Of a stretch of DNA of 64,000 nucleotides, positions 1 through 14,842 are shown one piece after another. Where the stretch lies: contig NC_042997.1 in the NCBI RefSeq assembly GCF_006345805.1, positions 67,456,001 through 67,520,000 of the forward strand, given 5' to 3'. The number at the start of each line of letters is the position of its first letter. The first letter of the stretch is position 1. The notes beneath the pieces are model-generated. The model did no database searches, was not told the DNA's origin, and saw only the letters and a program-made list of their open reading frames with translations. The stretch comes from Octopus sinensis (taxonomy: Eukaryota). Both the position numbers and the translations under genes were made by a program.

Positions 1-616
1 CCCGACTTTTCACTCAGTTTCTAATGCCACACTTTTGCTACCTCTTCATGTTGCCACAACATTATCATGATCATGATCATCATTATTAATAAAGCAATGA
101 GCTGCCAGAATCGTTAGCACACCAAGTAAAATGCTTAGCAGCATTTTGCCTGTTTTCACGTTCTAGGTTCAAACTCTGCCGAGGTCAACTTTAGCTTTCA
201 TCCTTTTGGGAGTCGATAAAATAAGTACCAGTCAAGTTCTGGGGTTGATGTAATCAGCTTGCTTTCTCCTCCAAATTGCTAGCCTTACGCCAAAATTTGA
301 AATCCTCCTCGTTATTATTACTATTTTTTGTTTTGTGTGCTGTAACTCATTCTTTGATATTGTCCTTCATGTCTTGGGCCTTTGTAGCCAACAAAAGAAA
401 TCATTATTATTGTCCAAGTAAGTCCTTATGAAGAAGGACTTGCTTGAACTGTGACAATCAGTCCAACACCCATGCCAGCAAGGAACTGGACATACCATGA
501 TGGTGTTTCTATATTTAAAGAATTAATAATTATTTTTAAGAAATGACATCAAATTTTCAGAAACATTTGTTGATCAAATATATTAATTTTAAAAATTAAT
601 GTTCTTATTTTATCAG

Positions 617-763
617 ACACATTCATTCAGAAAACTCGTAAATCCTATATGGACTCACGGGCTCGGAAGAATTTGTCTAGTATCAATACAGAACTTCAAG
701 ATGTGCAACGAATTATGGTACAAAATATTGATGATGTTTTACAACGTGGAGAGGCCCTAAACA
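617..763 (+). CDS. SEC22B: SEC22B penultimate coding exon (ER-Golgi R-SNARE, start of SNARE motif); gene begins upstream of window
   Basis: ttatcag acceptor and gtaagt donor; translates (D)[48 protein letters not shown], matching the recalled SEC22B SNARE region. Confidence 0.95.
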
Positions 764-1139
764 GTAAGTATAACAGAGAAAACATTATTCTTCCTGTTAA
801 ATTTATTTTTACTTTTTTTTTGTTTTTCTGTTTATATCTCGGTGGGGGTGGGGTGGGGTCACAGTTGTAGTGCCTGTTTACCAGGTTACAGGCCAGCAAT
901 TTGTATCCTGTCTTCAACACTGTACTGAGTTCTTAACCAGAATACTTAATAGTCAGAAGGTTTTTATATAACCTTTTTAATGCCAAACTGCCTGACACTG
1001 CCAACTTTGTGCTTATTTCTAGCAGACTTAGTGACCATGTTAAGGCTCCCTTGTTGATGCTTTGTATGGCTTTTTTTGTTACTTTAGTGAAAGATATAGG
1101 TTCAGGCATGGCTGTGTGGTTATGAAGTTAGGTTCAGAA

Positions 1140-1187
<48 letters not shown>

Positions 1188-2026
1188 ATACTTATCCCAC
1201 ACATATAGAAGTATGTTAAGTATTCCTGTAGCTCCATCAATGGAACTCTCTGGCTCATTTAAATGTAAGTGACTAAATATTCTACAGATGTTTGTATTCT
1301 TAATATAACCTTTAGGCAGAATCATCATAACACAAGTTTGTGATTCAAAGTGACAGGAATAGTCTGTTAAATGAGCTTCTGCACAGTTTTATCTACCCCA
1401 AGTTTAAGTAACTCCAACTTGCACAAGGTGCTATGCAGTGGAATGAACTCAGGGCCTCTTATTTATGAAGCAAACTTGTTAACCATTCAGCTATGTTTAC
1501 ATTGTTTTATAATCTTGGCACAATTTCCGAAATTACACAGAAGCAAATTTTGATTTTATTTTCATGGAGTATAAATTTACTAATGAGTTTTGAATTCCTG
1601 AAAGAATATGTTTGGATATACATTAAATAGAAATATGTATAAACAAGAATTCAAAGTGGAAGAAAGAATCAGAGTCATGAAAGTGCTAACTTGTTGATGG
1701 TTTAAATTTATTTGGAAAAGGCAGTGAGTCTAGCAGAATCATTACCACACCCAACAAAATGCTTAGCTGTATTTCTTCCAGCTGCACTTTCTGAGTTCAA
1801 ATTCTGCCATGGTCAACTTTACTTTTCATCCTTTCAAGGTTAATAAAATGCCTGTTGAGCATTGGGTTGATGTAATCGACTATAGTTCACCCTCAAAAAT
1901 TTCAGGCCTTTTGACTGTAGTGGAAGGGAAAGAATTATTTATTTTGATTTTGTTTTTGATTTATCAAAATCTTTAAAACTGTATAGATTAAAACTAATTA
2001 TTTTTCTTTTCTGTTTGTGATTTCAG

Positions 2027-2181
2027 CTTTAGGCAATAAAGCCAGTAATTTATCAATATTGTCACAACAGTATAAGAAGGATGCAACTTACTTGAATCTC
2101 CGGTCCACTTATGCAAAGGCTGCTGCCGTTGTCATTGTCATTGTAGTTCTAATGTTGTTTATTCGCTTTCTCTGGTGGTAA
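2027..2181 (+). CDS. SEC22B: SEC22B last coding exon (end of SNARE motif and C-terminal transmembrane anchor)
   Basis: tttcag acceptor, phase 1 compatible; (T)LGNKASNLSILSQQYKKDATYLNLRSTYAKAAAVVIVIVVLMLFIRFLWW*, stop TAA at 2179-2181. Confidence 0.95.
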
Positions 2182-5100
2182 ACTTCTTTTAAAATCTGAC
2201 CAAAACCCCTTATGGACTTTTTTTTACATTTTCACTACACTAGAAGATGTTTATACAGGGGGTTTTGTTTCTCTATTAAACTATCCAACAGGAAAGCTTT
2301 CACAGGAGTGCTTTCATTATAACAAAACAAAAACAAATTGTGAAAACTCTAGCTTATGTATGAACTCATGACTAATCACTTAAACATTTTTATATTATAG
2401 CAAACATAATAAATATATGCTAATCATAATATCTTTTTGCATGGGAAATATAAAATGGTATAGCCACAAGGTATAAGAAAAAAAAAAAAGAGCTAAAAGA
2501 TGAAGTATCCCTCCCAAAAATCCTTTATAAAAGAAAGAAAAATATTTAAAATGCATAAGAATTTGTCTCGAGAGACTTTTTTTTTTCACTTCAAAATTTT
2601 GCTTGAAACTAAAACTTTGATTACATACAGTGTAAATGAAAACAGATGAACACAAAATAGGTTTAGGGCTTTGATATTTTGCAAACTTCCCTCCTCTCCC
2701 CAGAATATAACATTTAATATGATATTGAAGAAATGTTTTTTTTTTCTTTCAGTTTTGTCTCTATTAAAATTTTAAAGCTGTTGACTTCTTTTCCTAATTT
2801 CGACTTGTGGTTTTTCTAAAACAATATTTTCATTTTGAAGCATGCTGTTGATCAAAGCTCTTTGCTTTTTTTGAAGGGGTGAGGTTGTGTGTGTGTGCGC
2901 TAACTATTTTGTTCTTACTACAACAAATACTAATTATTAAGGATGTGTATTATTAGGGTACTGGAGAGATCACAGAACATTCATTTTAAGATTTGTGAGA
3001 CTGATTCTTTGTTATAGACAACAAATGATTCTCAGTTTAAGTTTAGGTCATTATTTCAGTCAATATGTTTCTAATGAATAATTTTTTATGTGACATCACC
3101 TTAATTTTTAAAAAGCTGACTGGAATTGTTAGGGAAAAGTTTTGACTTTGTTGACATTTGACTGAACAAATAAAGATTTTCTATATTAAAAGTTTTAAAT
3201 ATTTTCTATGCATCAGTGTAAGGTATATAAAATAATTTTTTTTTTTTTTGGTCTGAGACTGGATAGAACTGTAAGGTAAAATGTATTGGCTGGTGAAGTT
3301 GGTGCAGGACTGTGTAACAAACTTGTCAAAATGTTGAACTGATGGAAAGAACATCAGAAGTTCTCTGTCCTTACCTACCTTTCTGTGTATATCTGTCCTG
3401 CACAAAAAAATCCTGTATTTGCCCCATGGTTTTATTTCAACATCTAACCTAACAACTCAAACTAAAAACTGGCCTCACTCAAGTATCATAATTGCCTGAA
3501 AATATTATGGAAGATATTACTTTTTTTTTCATTTAGACAAATAAAAGGCATTTATTCTTGCTAAAACAAACTTTTGAATCACTTTAAATGCTCATTTACA
3601 ACTCTAAGTAGGTTTTATACATCTTAAATCCTTTCTGCACAATCACATTTATCTACTCTCTCATTGCTTTGAACCAGTTCTTTTAACCCTCTACTTTTTA
3701 GTAAAGAGTTTTCTCTCTGATTCCTTCTATTGTTTTGCTTTTCTTTCTTCACTTCTCAAAAATCATAATGTATGTATTTTTATTTATTTTCTTTCATAAT
3801 GGATGACAGAGTTTCTAGTTTTGTTTCACTCCCTACTGCCAACAAAGCAATGCCCACCTTTAACAAGCATGCATTGTGTTGAAATTGTACTTATTGTGAA
3901 GACTGTAATTTCATATTATATTCAGTCATATCTCTTTTGTGTGTCTTCCTCTATTTGTACAAATTCAATGATTAATACATCATCTTACCATCCCTCATAG
4001 TCAATTAAGATATCCATCTGGTGATAGATACATATGTGGGATGAAGCATCACATATCTGCTTGTAATCAGAACTCATGTTGGGATTTCTAATAGTATGGC
4101 AGAGACTTAGCTGTTAGGGTGACTTTGGTTTGAGATTTCAGTACAGGAGAGTTTTCTATTTCACATTGTTTTCTCCAACTCCACAAGTGAAACTGAATTC
4201 AATATTACAAAGCAACAAATCATTCTTGACTCGATGAGGGAACCTCTGTATGATCATTGGAGTTGCTAGAATTAACGGCCAGATGTCCCTTAAATCATAT
4301 TCTTCTATCTTAGAAGGAAGAATACGTGGATTATGCAGTCTTGGTAGACTGTTTGAAGAAAAGATAGGAATGGTAATAGCTGGAAGGGATTAAAATTGAA
4401 CTCAGAAACAACATTTTGTGGATAACACTTGTTCATTCAACTGACAAATTATGTACTATAGGTTTGAATACATTTGACTGGAGCAAAATAAAAGACCAAC
4501 TCAGTTTTATAGCAATGAGTTGTTATTGTTGCTATATGATAACTGTTTACAGCTAAGTGGACTGAGCTATTTGTGAGTTCAGTTTTCTCAGCCACATATA
4601 CTGTCCACATCCTAGCTACCTTATTATTTTCATGTTTCCACTATTTAAAAATGCTGCAAAATAAATAGCTATATATCAGGGGCCAATTAGGTTAATGGTA
4701 TAGGGTTCGATTATCTGTAGCCTCCCGCTGGCAGTGCACCAGCATGGCCGCAACCTTTATGTTGAAACATATAAAAGTGTATAGAACCAGGATAAATTAA
4801 GCAGTTTTAGCAAACCATTTGGTAAATTGTAGTATCAGACCTTGTTCTATGAAATGCTACTATAACTGTATTAACAACAGGATACTGTTAACCATGGTAT
4901 ACACACACACACATATGAATCTTTTGATTTCATGTTATGAGATATGGTAATTGCTCTAGAACTAATTAATAATTAACATTTTAATTGCTGTTGTTACTTA
5001 CAACAAAAATTAAAATTTATTATGCAAGATATATTACTCTTAAACAAAATATATTAGAAAAATAATGATAAGTGTTGTAACAAGTAAACACTCAACAATG

Positions 5101-5559
5101 CTGGATCCTAGCCTGTTTTCCATTCCAAGCTGAAGTAATTTTACTTCACCTATATGTCCAATGCATTTAGGAAAAGCATGACTTTCAGAAATTCTGATTC
5201 CTGTCTTTTATAAATTCATAGCATTGGAAGCAAGTATAAATAAAAGAATAACAATAATATAAGCACTAACTAAGGATAAAAAAGTCAATTGTTTATTAAA
5301 TAAATTGCTGCATATACACCTTTATTATTTTGAGGCATTCTTTGTTATCACAATTTTACAAGGTTTTTTTTTCACTTTAAATCAAGAGAGTAATAAAAGA
5401 ATATGAAAGTAAACATTTTGCAAAAAGGAAAACTTTTAAATGTAAATATTTAAAATTTTCATATTATATTAACCTTGTAGTTAACTGTTAACTCCTATTA
5501 TATGCACATTTAGGATCCACATGTTGGATACATTAGTGTGATTGATTATAGAATATATA

Positions 5560-5600
<41 letters not shown>

Positions 5601-6132
5601 TGAAGTGACTTCCTTTTACTTTCTCAATGTGGACAACAAACCAAAGAATATTCCTAGAATAGGTGTTAACTACTGAGGACAGGTGAATTTCGCATCATAA
5701 AGTTAAGTGTCCTACTCATAAACAATAAAAAACAAAAAGAAAACTTGCATCAAAATTGAATTCCTAATCTGTGTGACCTGATAGTTCCTCCACAGACAAT
5801 TCACCTCTACATACTTAACATGAATTAGTCAATGATATCTATTTGTTGCAAATAAACACTGATATAGTAATTAAATGTTGGTTAATAATCAGAATCTAGC
5901 ACATCATCTGTTGCCTCCAGTTATTATTAAGAATGAAAATTGATCAATGTAGCCTGAGTCAAAAGAAGGTGCCACATGTTTAAAAGTAGTATTTAATTTA
6001 ACTATCACAGTATTTTTACATAAATAGATATTTAAATTATCATTAATCATAAAAGAAAATGTCAATGTTTTGTTTTGTTACAAGAGCAGTTTCATAATAC
6101 TGTTGTTCTCTAATATACTAAAACTTCTGAGG

Positions 6133-6138
6133 TTTATT
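6133..6138 (-). terminator. Candidate polyadenylation signal AATAAA for CCDC151
   Basis: tttatt on + strand about 35 nt past the stop codon; AT-rich DNA makes chance matches likely. Confidence 0.35.
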
Positions 6139-6172
6139 GAGCTGTATTTAATTGTTAGATTTCTTAAACTAC

Positions 6173-6300
6173 TTATTTAGTTTTCTTCCTTCTTCTTGGC
6201 ATGTCTTTTTTCATCTTAGCATCAATTATACTTTGAGATATTTTCTTTATGGCACTTCTGCTCAAGACTTCTGGTTCATCCTCTCGGCTACTTTCGCTCT
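6173..6300 (-). CDS. CCDC151: CCDC151/ODAD3 last coding exon; summed CDS 1650 nt = 549 aa plus stop
   Basis: aaag|(E)SESSREDEPEVLSRSAIKKISQSIIDAKMKKDMPRRRKKTK*; nearby alternative AGs could shift the start slightly. Confidence 0.85.
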
Positions 6301-6447
6301 CTTTGGTAATTAATAGGAAAAGAAAAATAATAAAATAATATATAGAAGTTAGCATTTTATCCATCTCTTTTGCATAAGACTGTTTACAATAATAAAAACA
6401 GCATTGTTCAGTTAAGAAATACAAATTGTTAAAGGGATAAAACTCAC

Positions 6448-6529
6448 CAGCATAGATGTTTTCAAGTTGTGTGGAAAGCTTAACACGTGTATTATATGCA
6501 GGAAGTCTGCTTTCAATATTGATATGGAA
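6448..6529 (-). CDS. CCDC151: CCDC151/ODAD3 coding exon 11
   Basis: tttcag|FHINIESRLPAYNTRVKLSTQLENIYA(E)|gtgagt; LPxYNTR motif typical of the CCDC151 C-terminus. Confidence 0.92.
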
Positions 6530-7394
6530 CTGAAATTCAGACATAAATATTGCATATTAAAATTACTGCTATTTATTTAGATATAAGTGAAATATCTGGG
6601 GAATTGCTCACTTCAAAAATTTTTTTATTTGTATATAATTCTGCATGGTTTATTATTTTTTACATAATTATAATACAAATCAAATGCAAGAATATTTTGT
6701 CATTATCTTTGTTGCATGTCTTTTATACTCTAACTTTTGCTCATCTAACATTAATTTCAACTCTAACCTTCTTCTAAGCAGCAATTCTATTATATTTGAA
6801 GTTGAGAATAAAGATGATGGTGGAACAGAAGAAAAAATGCACAGCTATTTTTCTGTTAATCTTACAGGGGTGCTAGAATACCTTCCAGTTGTGGTCTCTC
6901 TGATTTACTTACTATTTTGAGTTTGAAAAGAAAAGGCTTTTCAGCTTTTTGTGATGATAGCTTTTAGCAGTTCATTATATATTTTGTAGGACTATGATAT
7001 TCTAAAGATCTTGTCAACTATGACTACTGCTAATTGGTACTGGGTAAAAATATCATCATCGTACAATCTTAGATGAGGTGTTTTTCAAGTTGTATATCTC
7101 TTGATAACTATAGACTCAATTGTAAGGATAGATGTTGATTACTGTAAATCTGAATTACAGCTTCTGTACAAGTAACAACAAATTATTACAACTTGTTGCC
7201 TTATATACAATTTTTAAATAAATAATAAATATGCATAAATTTAAGGCAAGGTTTTTCTTTTCAATTTTCTATCAAAAAAGAAAAGTGTTACTTTATTGCT
7301 TTAAAAAGATTTTCATTATAAAAATAGAGGCTGACATATATTTTGGTGTGTATGTATATATATATAAGAAAGCTTGTAACAAAGCAAAGAGTCT

Positions 7395-7550
7395 TACAAA
7401 ACCCTGTATATTTCAGGCTCAAAGGCCTATATTCAGAAGGAAGCAGTCTAAGAAATGTGTAGTAAAGGAAACTTACAACTGCACATTCATTTCTTGGATT
7501 GCTTCCTTCTGAAGATAGGCCTTTGCATGTGAAATATACAGGATTTTGTA
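7395..7550. repeat. Imperfect inverted repeat with a decayed hammerhead motif in each arm
   Basis: tacaaaaccctgtatatttca..aaaggcctatattcagaaggaagc versus gcttccttctgaagataggccttt..tgaaatatacaggattttgta. Confidence 0.7.
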
Positions 7551-8280
7551 GAACTTTCTGCATTGTTAGTATTTTTATTCCCCTTTTCTTTTTACAATGC
7601 TTCAAGCAAACTACAACACTCATATATATATATATTTGGCATTGACAACTTTTCTAATATTATAAACAAATGCATCTAACCCATCTACATGTCATATCTG
7701 GCTCGTTGTTCCTTTCTATCCATCACAGTTGTTAAAAACTGAAAGAACACCGAAATATTTTTTTTAAAATCTCACTAACATAAAGATTAAAACCTGTGGA
7801 ATAGTCTACATCAGTCCAAACCCATGTCATTATGGAAAAACAAACCAATAGGAGTTGTAATGGTTTATTAATTAAATTCTAGCATACAAATTGTGTCTGT
7901 ACCAAATATTTAGAATGAGATCATCTGAGTAACTGATCACTGAAGATTTTATCATCAATACTTTGACACAAGCAATGTGGCATTAGGTACTTATGTAGAC
8001 TATCTGCTTATTTATCATTGCTGAAACCTTTCCCCACTTGTACAGTAATTCTGACATAAGTTGTTATCTTGTATCTGCTCCAACACTACAGTTTGGGTTA
8101 AATTATCTTCTATTTGGAACCTACCCAGTTCTTAAGTGCATGATAGAGTTATGTGATATGTTTTTAGATGCAAATCTCTGCAAATAAATCTCAACAATAT
8201 GCACATTTCTCCATCATGACAAGCAGAGGATATTGTTGCTCACATATACTTGTCAGTTTGCATACAGATTTATTTCTTAC

Positions 8281-8436
8281 CTCCTCATCTTCCATTTGTT
8301 TTTGAACTTTCTCCAAGTCCACATCATGAAAGTCATCCATGAGCTTCAGCAGTTTCTCTTCACATAAAGCTAATTGATCAAGGACATACTCATTTGAAGA
8401 AGGGGAAAGCTTTGTTGATGCTGTGTACCCTTTTGG
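8281..8436 (-). CDS. CCDC151: CCDC151/ODAD3 coding exon 10
   Basis: ctacag|PKGYTASTKLSPSSNEYVLDQLALCEEKLLKLMDDFHDVDLEKVQKQMEDEE|gtaag. Confidence 0.92.
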
Positions 8437-9577
8437 CTGTAGTAGTGAAAGGGAGAACAAACCAAATTACCAGATGATATTTCACCCCTTTAACATTCTT
8501 AACATGTTTCAGTCTATTAATAATCTCAGTCATTGTATTAGATATATATACAAATAAAAATACACACACACACACGTCATGAACTAACTATTACTTTCTC
8601 AGATGCAGCACGGAATTTTCTCAGTGAACAGGTCGCAGTTTCAAAGCGACGAAAATATTTCAACAAATTAAATTTAAATGTTGAAGTGAATCTAACGGTT
8701 TTTGTGTGTTTTTTAAATGGCTTATAAACACCTTCCACGCTGCAATAAAATAAAATTATTAGACTTAAGAAAATAAGATTTTTATTGAAATTTGTTAAGG
8801 AGCTTTTCTATTACTGTTGAAGAGTTTTTATTATAAGTTGGTGTACTGTGTGATGCCAAGATCTAACATTTCAGACACTTGTTACAAATATAAAGAAAGT
8901 AATGATTTAAAGTGAAAGAATGATAAGGAAGAGAAGTAGTGTGAGATGAACAAAGAGGAAGCAGAGCAAGAGGACCAAAATTTATAAGCAAGATGAAAAT
9001 CAAATGAAGTGGAACAAAGGTAATAAGTAAACTGGAAATCAAATCTCGTCATAATACATCACATGTGTGTATATAGATAGATAATGTATGTATAAATGTG
9101 TGTCTGTTTTCTTTAGTAATTGGGTGTAAATAACCTAAGTTATTTATATACTCAGAAGGGAAATAATTCCCTAAACAAGCATAATTCATGGGAAGTAAAG
9201 CCCTTCAAGATGAGAGTGTTGATGTAACAGACTAAAAATCTCTTGAAGGCTGTGCCCCTGCATTGTTACAGTCCAATATTATAGCTTTATCAACAAATGA
9301 TAATAGAAAAATAGAAAATACTTCTATAAAGTGTTTATGTACAGCACAAGCAGTGTCAGTCACTGCAGGTTTTGAGCATTTGTGCTGTTTATAAATCTAT
9401 TTATCTATCATCTGTGTGTGTGTGTATGAAGACAATGAACATTAAAAGAGACAACACAGGAAGGGCAAAGGTTGACAAATATGGTATATATGTACACACA
9501 CATGCATGCACACCTAAAACACAGGCAGAATAAAATTGAAACCTGAGAAATACAAAAATATAAAATGAAAGACATAC

Positions 9578-9734
9578 TGTTTTTAGATGAGAGAGTCTAT
9601 CAGCAAGATGGTCAATACCAGATTTGACTTGCAATAAGATTTTAGACATTTTCTCCAGTTTATTTTCAATTTCAGCCCTACTAGTTTCTTCTTCCTGTAA
9701 TTTCTCTTGGAATTCTTCAAGCATTCTTTGTCCT
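9578..9734 (-). CDS. CCDC151: CCDC151/ODAD3 coding exon 9
   Basis: cttcag|(R)GQRMLEEFQEKLQEEETSRAEIENKLEKMSKILLQVKSGIDHLADRLSHLKT|gtatgt. Confidence 0.92.
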
Positions 9735-11502
9735 CTGAAGAGAAATAATGAACAATATTCATCATCATCATCATTTTTTAACATCCGTTGTCTATGCTGG
9801 CATGGGTTGCACAGTTTGACCAAAGCTGAGGAGCTGCACCAGACTCCAGTCTGATATAGCATAGCCTTTCCAAACGCCAACCACTCTAAAAGTGCAATGG
9901 GTGCTTTTACATGCCACCGGTACAGATGCCAGTCGTGTGACACTAGTATCTGCCACAACTACGATTTCACTTGGCTTGATGGGTCAAGCATGGTAGGTCA
10001 TGGAAGGTCTCAGTCATTTGTTATTGCCTCCACTCAAATATTGAAAGAAAGAAATATATATATTAAAAAAAAGCAAAAAAAAAAACAAGGGTGACAGACA
10101 GATGTGTAAATTGGCAATGCTGATTACTCAGAAACACCATCTACACAAAAAAATAATAATCAAGTTTCTGCTAAAATATTTAATGTGCTAAAAATTATTA
10201 ATCTTATTAGAACTGCTGATGCACCGAGGAAAAGATAACATTTGCTCAGGTCAAGAAGACACATGTTTTTGAGTATGTGAGTAGTTCACTTCACGACCAC
10301 ATGGTTTCAGATTCAATCCCAACATATGCACACTCTATTATCTAATATACAAATGCCTATTTTTTTTCTTTTCTGACTCATAATGTGCACACATATATAA
10401 ATGTGTGTGTGTGTGTGAAGAGAGAAAAAACACAAAGATTCAGAGTCAGTGAAAGAAAATGAAATAGAACATCAGTTTATTCCTCTTACACTTTCCTTCT
10501 TGCTGATTCTTCAACTCATTCTTATAGTTACACCTCTTGTTTTTCCATATAATTCTACTTTTCTTTCTCAACTCTTCACTATCCTCCCCACCACCACCAC
10601 TATCATCATCATCCTCATCGTCACAATAATCATTTGTCATGACTCTTCAATTACACCCACGTTCTCTTCAGTCTCACAACATCTATTATTGAGGCAATCA
10701 AATGCTTATACTCCATATCCAGCATCCACAACCTGGTCATAAGATATTTCTCACACAATACAAATGAGCCAGGAAAAAATTTGTTTAAACAAATCTGTAG
10801 GTGAAAGTATGTTGATATGTGTTAGTGATATTGGAAACTTATATATCAATGTGTGTGTGGGGTGTGGATGATGATGATGATGATGAAAGGCAGCGAGCTG
10901 GCAGAAACATTAGCACGCAGGGGAAAATGCTTCGGGGTATTTCGTCTGCCGCTACATTCTGAGTTCAAATTCCACCAGGGTTGACTTTGCCTTTCATCCT
11001 TACGGGGTCGATAAATTAAATACCAAAATTTTGGGAATGATGATGATGATGGTGGTGGTGGTGGTGGTGGTATGATGATGATGGTAGTGGTGGTGGTTGT
11101 AACTAGCATCAGACTAATTCTTCATCATCATCATCATCAGCATCAACAACAACAGTATTTTAATGTCCACTTTCCGATGCTTGCATGGATCAGACTAAGT
11201 TTATTGAGGTAGATTTTCTACAGCAAAATGCCCTTCCTGTCACCAACCTTTACCCGTTTCCAAGAGTGACAATATTTCTCCATGGCCAGATATGTTCATT
11301 ACAGAATATTGGAAATGAATGGCACTGCTTGTATGACAGTGACAATCATATTACAACTGTCATGCAATGTCAAGACAAGGAAACAAACATAAATACACTC
11401 ACAGCCCCACACATTGATATACATATATACATACATGCATCCATCCATCCATCCATGCATCCATTCATACATACATGCATACATACATACATACATACAT
11501 AC

Positions 11503-11542
<40 letters not shown>

Positions 11543-12177
11543 TTCAAAACTATTGAAAAGGTTGCAAGATGCAACGAAAATTTGAGAAAAATAAAAAAGA
11601 AATAAGTGGAAATTTTACCAGTGTGTGTGTTAAAATTATAAGGCACTAAAAGAAAATAACTCTCCCTAGACACAACAGAATATGTTTCAACAAACGCTCT
11701 CACATAAAGAATCTTGCAAACCAAATCCCAAAACGAAATATATTAATTAAGTTATAGAGTTATATATATTAAGTCATAGAGTGATGAATGGTTTCACATC
11801 CAAAAAGGTCATAGCTTCGCAGATGTCTGCAAAATGTGTATATAAATGTGTGTGTGTGGCTCAGTAATAGAGCACTGGGCTCAAAATCATGAGGTAGTGA
11901 TTCCAATTCCCAGGCTGGGCTGTGTGTTGTGTTCTTGAACAAGATACTTTATTTCACCCTGCTTCAGTTCACTCAGCTGTAGAAAAGACTCACGATGTCA
12001 CTGGTGCCAAGCTGTATCAGCCTTTGCCTTTCCCTTGGATAACACTGGTGACGGGGAGAGGGAAGGCTGGTATGCATGGGCGACTGCTCGTCTTCTATAA
12101 ACAACCTTGCCTGGACTTGTGCCTCAGAGGGTAACTTTCTAGGTGCAATCCCATGATCATTCATGACCAAAGGGGAT

Positions 12178-12227
<50 letters not shown>

Positions 12228-13339
12228 CAGGATTCTTTCAGTTTCCATCTACCAAATCCACTCACAAAGCTTTGATCAGCCTGAAGCTATAGTAGAAGAC
12301 ATTTGCCCAAGGTGCTGTGCAGTGGGATTGAATCTAGAAGATTGAATCTAGAACCCAGAACTATGTGGTAGAGAAGCAAACTTCTTACCACATAGCCATT
12401 CCTGTGCCACAATTCTGATTGAAGAAATCTATGATTGAACACATTCCAGCCATGACCACCCTGGCTTCTGAGCTTTATGTAGGACTATTGCAGCCCAATG
12501 TACTCTTAGCTTCCCTTAGATGCTATGGGACATATTGAAGGTGATTTAGATGCTATTTCTAGCCTGTAAAGTAACTATAGAGAAGTTGCTTCATTAGCTC
12601 ACATGTGTAGCTGTTATCATGGATATTGTTGTTTTTAGCTGTGGTTTGCTCTGATCAAGCAGACATATGATCAATGAATCTGGTTCTACATTATCCAATA
12701 TGTTCTTTAAGTCAGAGTGAGATTTTGATGAAGATTTGGCTGCTATTTCCAGCAAGTCAACTGTATAGAATAGAAGTGGGAAACTTTTTTTCAACCAGGG
12801 TCAGCAGATTTTTCTTTCTACAATAGGCACAAAGGCTGAAATTTTAGGGGAAAGGAGCTAGTCAATTACATCAACCCCAGTGCTCAAGTAGTACCTTTTT
12901 TTTTATCAACCCCCAATAGGATGAAAGGCCAAGTTGACTTCAGCAGTATTTGAACTCTGAACATAAAGCTAGAAGAAATGCTGCTAAGAATTTTGTCTGG
13001 CTTGCAAATGATGCTGCCAGTTAACTTCTTTCACCAGGGTTAGTCCATCATAAACACATTAAGAACTGAACTAATAGTAGTAGTAGTAGTAGCAGTGAAG
13101 GTAGCGGCAGTAACTATACTAGTTATATCTGTTGTCTAGCCCCAGGTCAATCCTAATTAAACAGACCTATGATAAGAACTGTTTGAACTTGACCATTCTG
13201 TCCTTTTGTCTTTTTCTCAGACATTGTGTATCTAAGACTACATTGTGCAAAATGTGTCTTTTTTTTTTTTTGAAGGTGGTGGGATGAAATTTGAGGGAGA
13301 TTTGACTGCTACATCTAGCACAATGAGCAACCATTACAG

Positions 13340-13378
<39 letters not shown>

Positions 13379-14584
13379 CTGTCTGTCAAGCTAGCTAGCT
13401 AGCTTTTAATGTATTCATTTTCACTGCTATCTGTTTGAAAAAATTAACATGTGTTTCTCTTTCAATATTTCCCACTCCTAGCAGCAACAACAATAGAATT
13501 ATTACCTATTATTAGCAGGAAGCACTGTACCAAATTCCATAACTCATTCAACTGGGTCATTAAGATATCGTTGAAATGTCCGAGTAGTGCATCTAGAGCA
13601 AGTCAACTTAACAGGGGTCCATCTTAGACACACTATTTTAGAAAAGAGTATTTAACAGTTATATCACTTGTTAAGGTTATCTCTACAGCTTTTCTGTAGA
13701 AATAATAGTCAGCACTGATTTTGTTACAACATTTCATAACAGAGATGCCTGATGTAAACAACAATGATACCAAAGATGAAAAATGGGTAATGGGCATATA
13801 CACCCAATATCTATGTCCCATTTTTGATCTCATTATTGGTTACATTAGGCATACTTGGATATAAGTGCTGCTTCAGAAAATCTGAAGCTGTTGCTTTAAT
13901 ACTGTATAAAAGGAAACAAACATATAAGAAGAAAATTTATGTATAAACTTGATCAGTTCGCATTTTAACCACTGCCTAGTAGTGTGTTTAATTTGTTCAC
14001 TGAACACTGCCAAAAATTCTCTCGTGTTTCTCAAAAATTCCCCCTAAATCACAAAATAAGGGTGGCCTATTTTTCAAATCCTGGCAGCAACACTGAAGCT
14101 GGAAACGGGATAATAATGTAATTCTACACTTTATCACATTCAAGAATATAAACATGTTTTTAAGTACAACACATGAGGAGTCAAAAAGAAACACTACCTT
14201 TCACCAGCACACCAGGGTAGGCACTGCATGAATGACAGTGCTTTCTCTCCCTAGCATGAAGCTTCCTATCTTGAGCATGTGAGTATGCGCACAACTGCCA
14301 AACACTGCATTAGTAGAACTGTGAAGCGCACAGTTCTATACAAGGATTTTTGCATTTTTTCCATAAACTAGGGGATGGCTACTGACATTAAGCTTAAGGA
14401 TTATATAATGTATAAGTATAAAGAAAGAATTAAAGAAAAAAAGGACTCATTATATTGAATGTTATTGATATCGAATGGAAATATGGGATGCTGCAGTTTT
14501 GCAGTGCCTATGTACAAGCCACCACTGCTTGGGTAGGACAATAACAAACTACAAACACAAATTACAATACAACACACAAATTAC

Positions 14585-14745
14585 CTTGACAATTTGGTTT
14601 CTCCTGTATATTTCATTTCTTCAAATGTCTTTTGAAGTTTTACCTTTTCCTCTCTCAGAAGAGAAATTTGTTTTTCATTTTCTTGCTTCAGCTCTTCTAA
14701 ATGAGCTGTTGTTGCTCCTTGGTTTTCAAATCGACTTACAACTTC
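14585..14745 (-). CDS. CCDC151: CCDC151/ODAD3 coding exon 8
   Basis: tttcaag|EVVSRFENQGATTAHLEELKQENEKQISLLREEKVKLQKTFEEMKYTGETKLS(R)|gtaa; phase 2 end. Confidence 0.92.
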
Positions 14746-14806
14746 CTTGAAAGAGTCCAAAATTTAATGATATGTAATTTAAAATGACAATAGGAAAATC
14801 ATGCTG

Positions 14807-14839
<33 letters not shown>

Positions 14840-14842
<3 letters not shown>

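Noticed and set aside
11785-11830. Possible decayed hammerhead on the - strand (CUGCGAA...GAAAC)
   Set aside because: Stems I and II are not convincingly paired
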